This document shows, one piece after another, positions 62,104 through 64,000 of a stretch of DNA of 64,000 nucleotides. Under the pieces are notes generated by a model that had not been told where the DNA came from, searched no databases, and saw only the letters and a list, made by a program, of their open reading frames with translations. Source of the DNA: Nannocystis bainbridge (GTDB lineage Bacteria > Myxococcota_A > Polyangia > Nannocystales > Nannocystaceae). Each line of letters starts with the position of its first letter. The stretch's first letter is position 1. Made by a program: the position numbers and the translations under genes. Where the stretch lies: NCBI RefSeq assembly GCF_028368995.1, contig NZ_JAQNDL010000001.1:1280001-1344000 (forward strand), given 5' to 3'.

Positions 62104-63288
62104 ATGACGCAGGCGGCGCTCCTCCTCGCGGCGCTGCTCGCCGCTCCTGCTCCGGCGACGCCGACCCTCGCGCCGCCGGCCGCGGCCCTGCGCGCGCCCA
62201 CGCTCGTCGTGCGCGCGCGCGGCCTCGACGAGCGGGCCCTCGCCGGCGCCCTGCGGCCGCGCTCCGGCGGCGCCGAGGTCGTGCTCTTGCGCGACGTCGC
62301 CAGCGTCGACCCCGACCACACCTTCGTCGAGGTCGAGCAGCAGGCCGGCGAGCTCGCCGTCACCGTCATCCTCGGCGACGGTCGCGTGTTCGTCCGGCGC
62401 GGTCCCGGCGGCGGCCCGCGCGACGCCGCCCGCCTGTGCGCCTCGATGCTGGCCGCCATCGCCGACGACGCCCTCGCCCCCCTGCCCGAGCGGGCCGCCA
62501 GCCCCGCCCTCGCCGCAGCGCCTTCGGGACAGGTCCCCGAGGACATGTCCCAAGAGCCCGACGCTGCGGACGCCGGTCTCACCGTGACGACACCTCCCGC
62601 CCCGCCGCAGGTCGTCCCGCCACCACCTGACCCCGAGAACATGTCCCCCGCGCCAGCCGCCGAGGACCTCGTCGAGCCGACCCCCGCGCCGGTCGCTGCC
62701 TCACCTGGCCAGGAGGACAGGCGACTCGCGCTCACCGTCGGGCTCGCCGGCGGGCCGCTCTTTGGCCTCCGTCCCGACCCCGGCGTGCGCGGTGGCGGTG
62801 GCGAGGTCCGCGTCGATCTCCGCGGATCGCGGCCGTGGCTCGTCACCGCGGGCCTGCGCGCGATCGGTCAGACGGCCGTCAGCACGGGTTTGCAAAGTCG
62901 TGAAGAGCGCTTCGGGCTCGCCCGCGTGCGCGTCAGTTTTGGGGTCGGTGCGTGGCTCGTGCGGCGCCGGTTCGAGCTGCGCGCGACCGCGAGCCTCTCG
63001 CTCGAGCCGTGGTGGATCACCCACCATAGTCGTCGCGTCGCCCTCGGCGAATCCACAGTTCCCGCGCCGCTGCTCGGCGGGCTCGTCCGTATCACTCCGA
63101 CCTTCGTGGTCTCGCAGCGGATGAGTCTGGGCCTATTCGCCGAGCTGGCCGCCAGCGCGACCCCGACCGGCAACGCCGTGCGCGTCCGCTTCGGGGACGC
63201 GCGCATCTTCAGCGCAGGCGGCATCGAACTCGGCTTCGGCATCGAGCTGCGTGTGCGTGCGTGGTCGAAACCGCCAAAACAGGGGTAA
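62104..63288 (+). CDS. Exported protein with Pro-rich linker and amphipathic beta-strand C-terminus
   Basis: Signal peptide; alternating strands suggest a possible outer-membrane barrel. Confidence 0.6.
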   Translation: MTQAALLLAALLAAPAPATPTLAPPAAALRAPTLVVRARGLDERALAGALRPRSGGAEVVLLRDVASVDPDHTFVEVEQQAGELAVTVILGDGRVFVRRGPGGGPRDAARLCASMLAAIADDALAPLPERAASPALAAAPSGQVPEDMSQEPDAADAGLTVTTPPAPPQVVPPPPDPENMSPAPAAEDLVEPTPAPVAASPGQEDRRLALTVGLAGGPLFGLRPDPGVRGGGGEVRVDLRGSRPWLVTAGLRAIGQTAVSTGLQSREERFGLARVRVSFGVGAWLVRRRFELRATASLSLEPWWITHHSRRVALGESTVPAPLLGGLVRITPTFVVSQRMSLGLFAELAASATPTGNAVRVRFGDARIFSAGGIELGFGIELRVRAWSKPPKQG

Positions 63289-63461
63289 GCGCAGGGCGCC
63301 GCTGGCAGCCCCGTGTTCCCCGTGCGGGCCTCTGCATTCGAACGCCTGGCGCCCAGGCTCATCCGCAAAGTTGTGACGTGGACTACGGCCCCCGTGACAT
63401 GCGCGGTTGCTCGACCTCCGCCCCCCTCTTGTTCTTGCCACGACATTGGCCTATAGCGGCG

Positions 63462-64000
63462 ATGATGCTGCGGACCGTCTGTACACGCACCCTCATGATA
63501 CTGCCCCTGCTCGCGGTCGCCTGTGAAGGCGACGACGGCGGGCGATTCGGGGACGAGACCGGCAATCAGCCGATCGACGTCCCGGACCCGGCCGACCCGC
63601 CGGAGGCCGATCCGGGCGAGTTCCTCGAGGGCATCGACGGCGAGTTCGTCCGCGCCTCCGAGGAGTTCGGCGTCCCGGTCGTGATCCTCAAGGCCGTGGG
63701 CTTCGTCGAGTCGCGCTGGGAGATGGTCGAGGGCCAGGTCGAGTTCGAGGGCCGCGACGCGGCGTTCGGCACCATGGCGCTGCGCGGCGTCAACCTCGAG
63801 CGTGCCTCGCAGCTGCTCGATCTCCCGGTCGACGACATCAAGTCCGACCGCGAGACCAACATCCGCGCGGCCGCGGCTGTCCTGCGGGACATGGCCGACG
63901 CCGAGGGCATCGACCTCGACGACCTCGGCGCGTGGGCCCCGGCGATCGCCGCTCTGGCTGACATCGGCGACAAGGACGCCTCGATCGCCTACATCCACTA
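63462..64000 (+). CDS. Partial lipoprotein with lytic-transglycosylase-like N-terminal domain (possible peptidoglycan amidase)
   Basis: Own translation, open to the window end: AVAC lipobox, ASEEFGVPVVILKAVGFVESRW, NIRAAAAVL. Confidence 0.7.
   Translation, partial: MMLRTVCTRTLMILPLLAVACEGDDGGRFGDETGNQPIDVPDPADPPEADPGEFLEGIDGEFVRASEEFGVPVVILKAVGFVESRWEMVEGQVEFEGRDAAFGTMALRGVNLERASQLLDLPVDDIKSDRETNIRAAAAVLRDMADAEGIDLDDLGAWAPAIAALADIGDKDASIAYIH

Overview
High-GC bacterial DNA with a myxobacterial (Nannocystis/Plesiocystis-like) gene content: many Thr-rich lipoproteins, Cys-rich repeat proteins, a eukaryotic-like kinase, a sigma54 activator and an ECF sigma factor. About 52 CDS are supportable. 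1-19 kb looks accessory. It holds a ricin/aerolysin-like/ricin protein behind a clear sigma54 promoter, a divergent bEBP plus Ser/Thr kinase, a sphingomyelinase-D-like PLD-HYR fusion, an IS3 remnant and cpdB. The middle holds a GH45 lipoprotein and an iscSUA-hscBA-fdx operon headed by a Cys-bearing MerR regulator with a palindromic operator in place of IscR. The right part holds a PlpX-type splicease radical SAM with a candidate protein substrate, an HTTM operon, msrA and an ECF/anti-sigma/Cys-Asp-repeat cluster. The most unusual non-coding signal is a dispersed family of 14-bp-period arrays (CMTGTCC-N4-GGACAKG), found after stop codons, between convergent genes and inside CDS. A recurrent TANNNT-N6-8-start pattern suggests leaderless genes. 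All product calls come from motif recognition by eye, not database searches.
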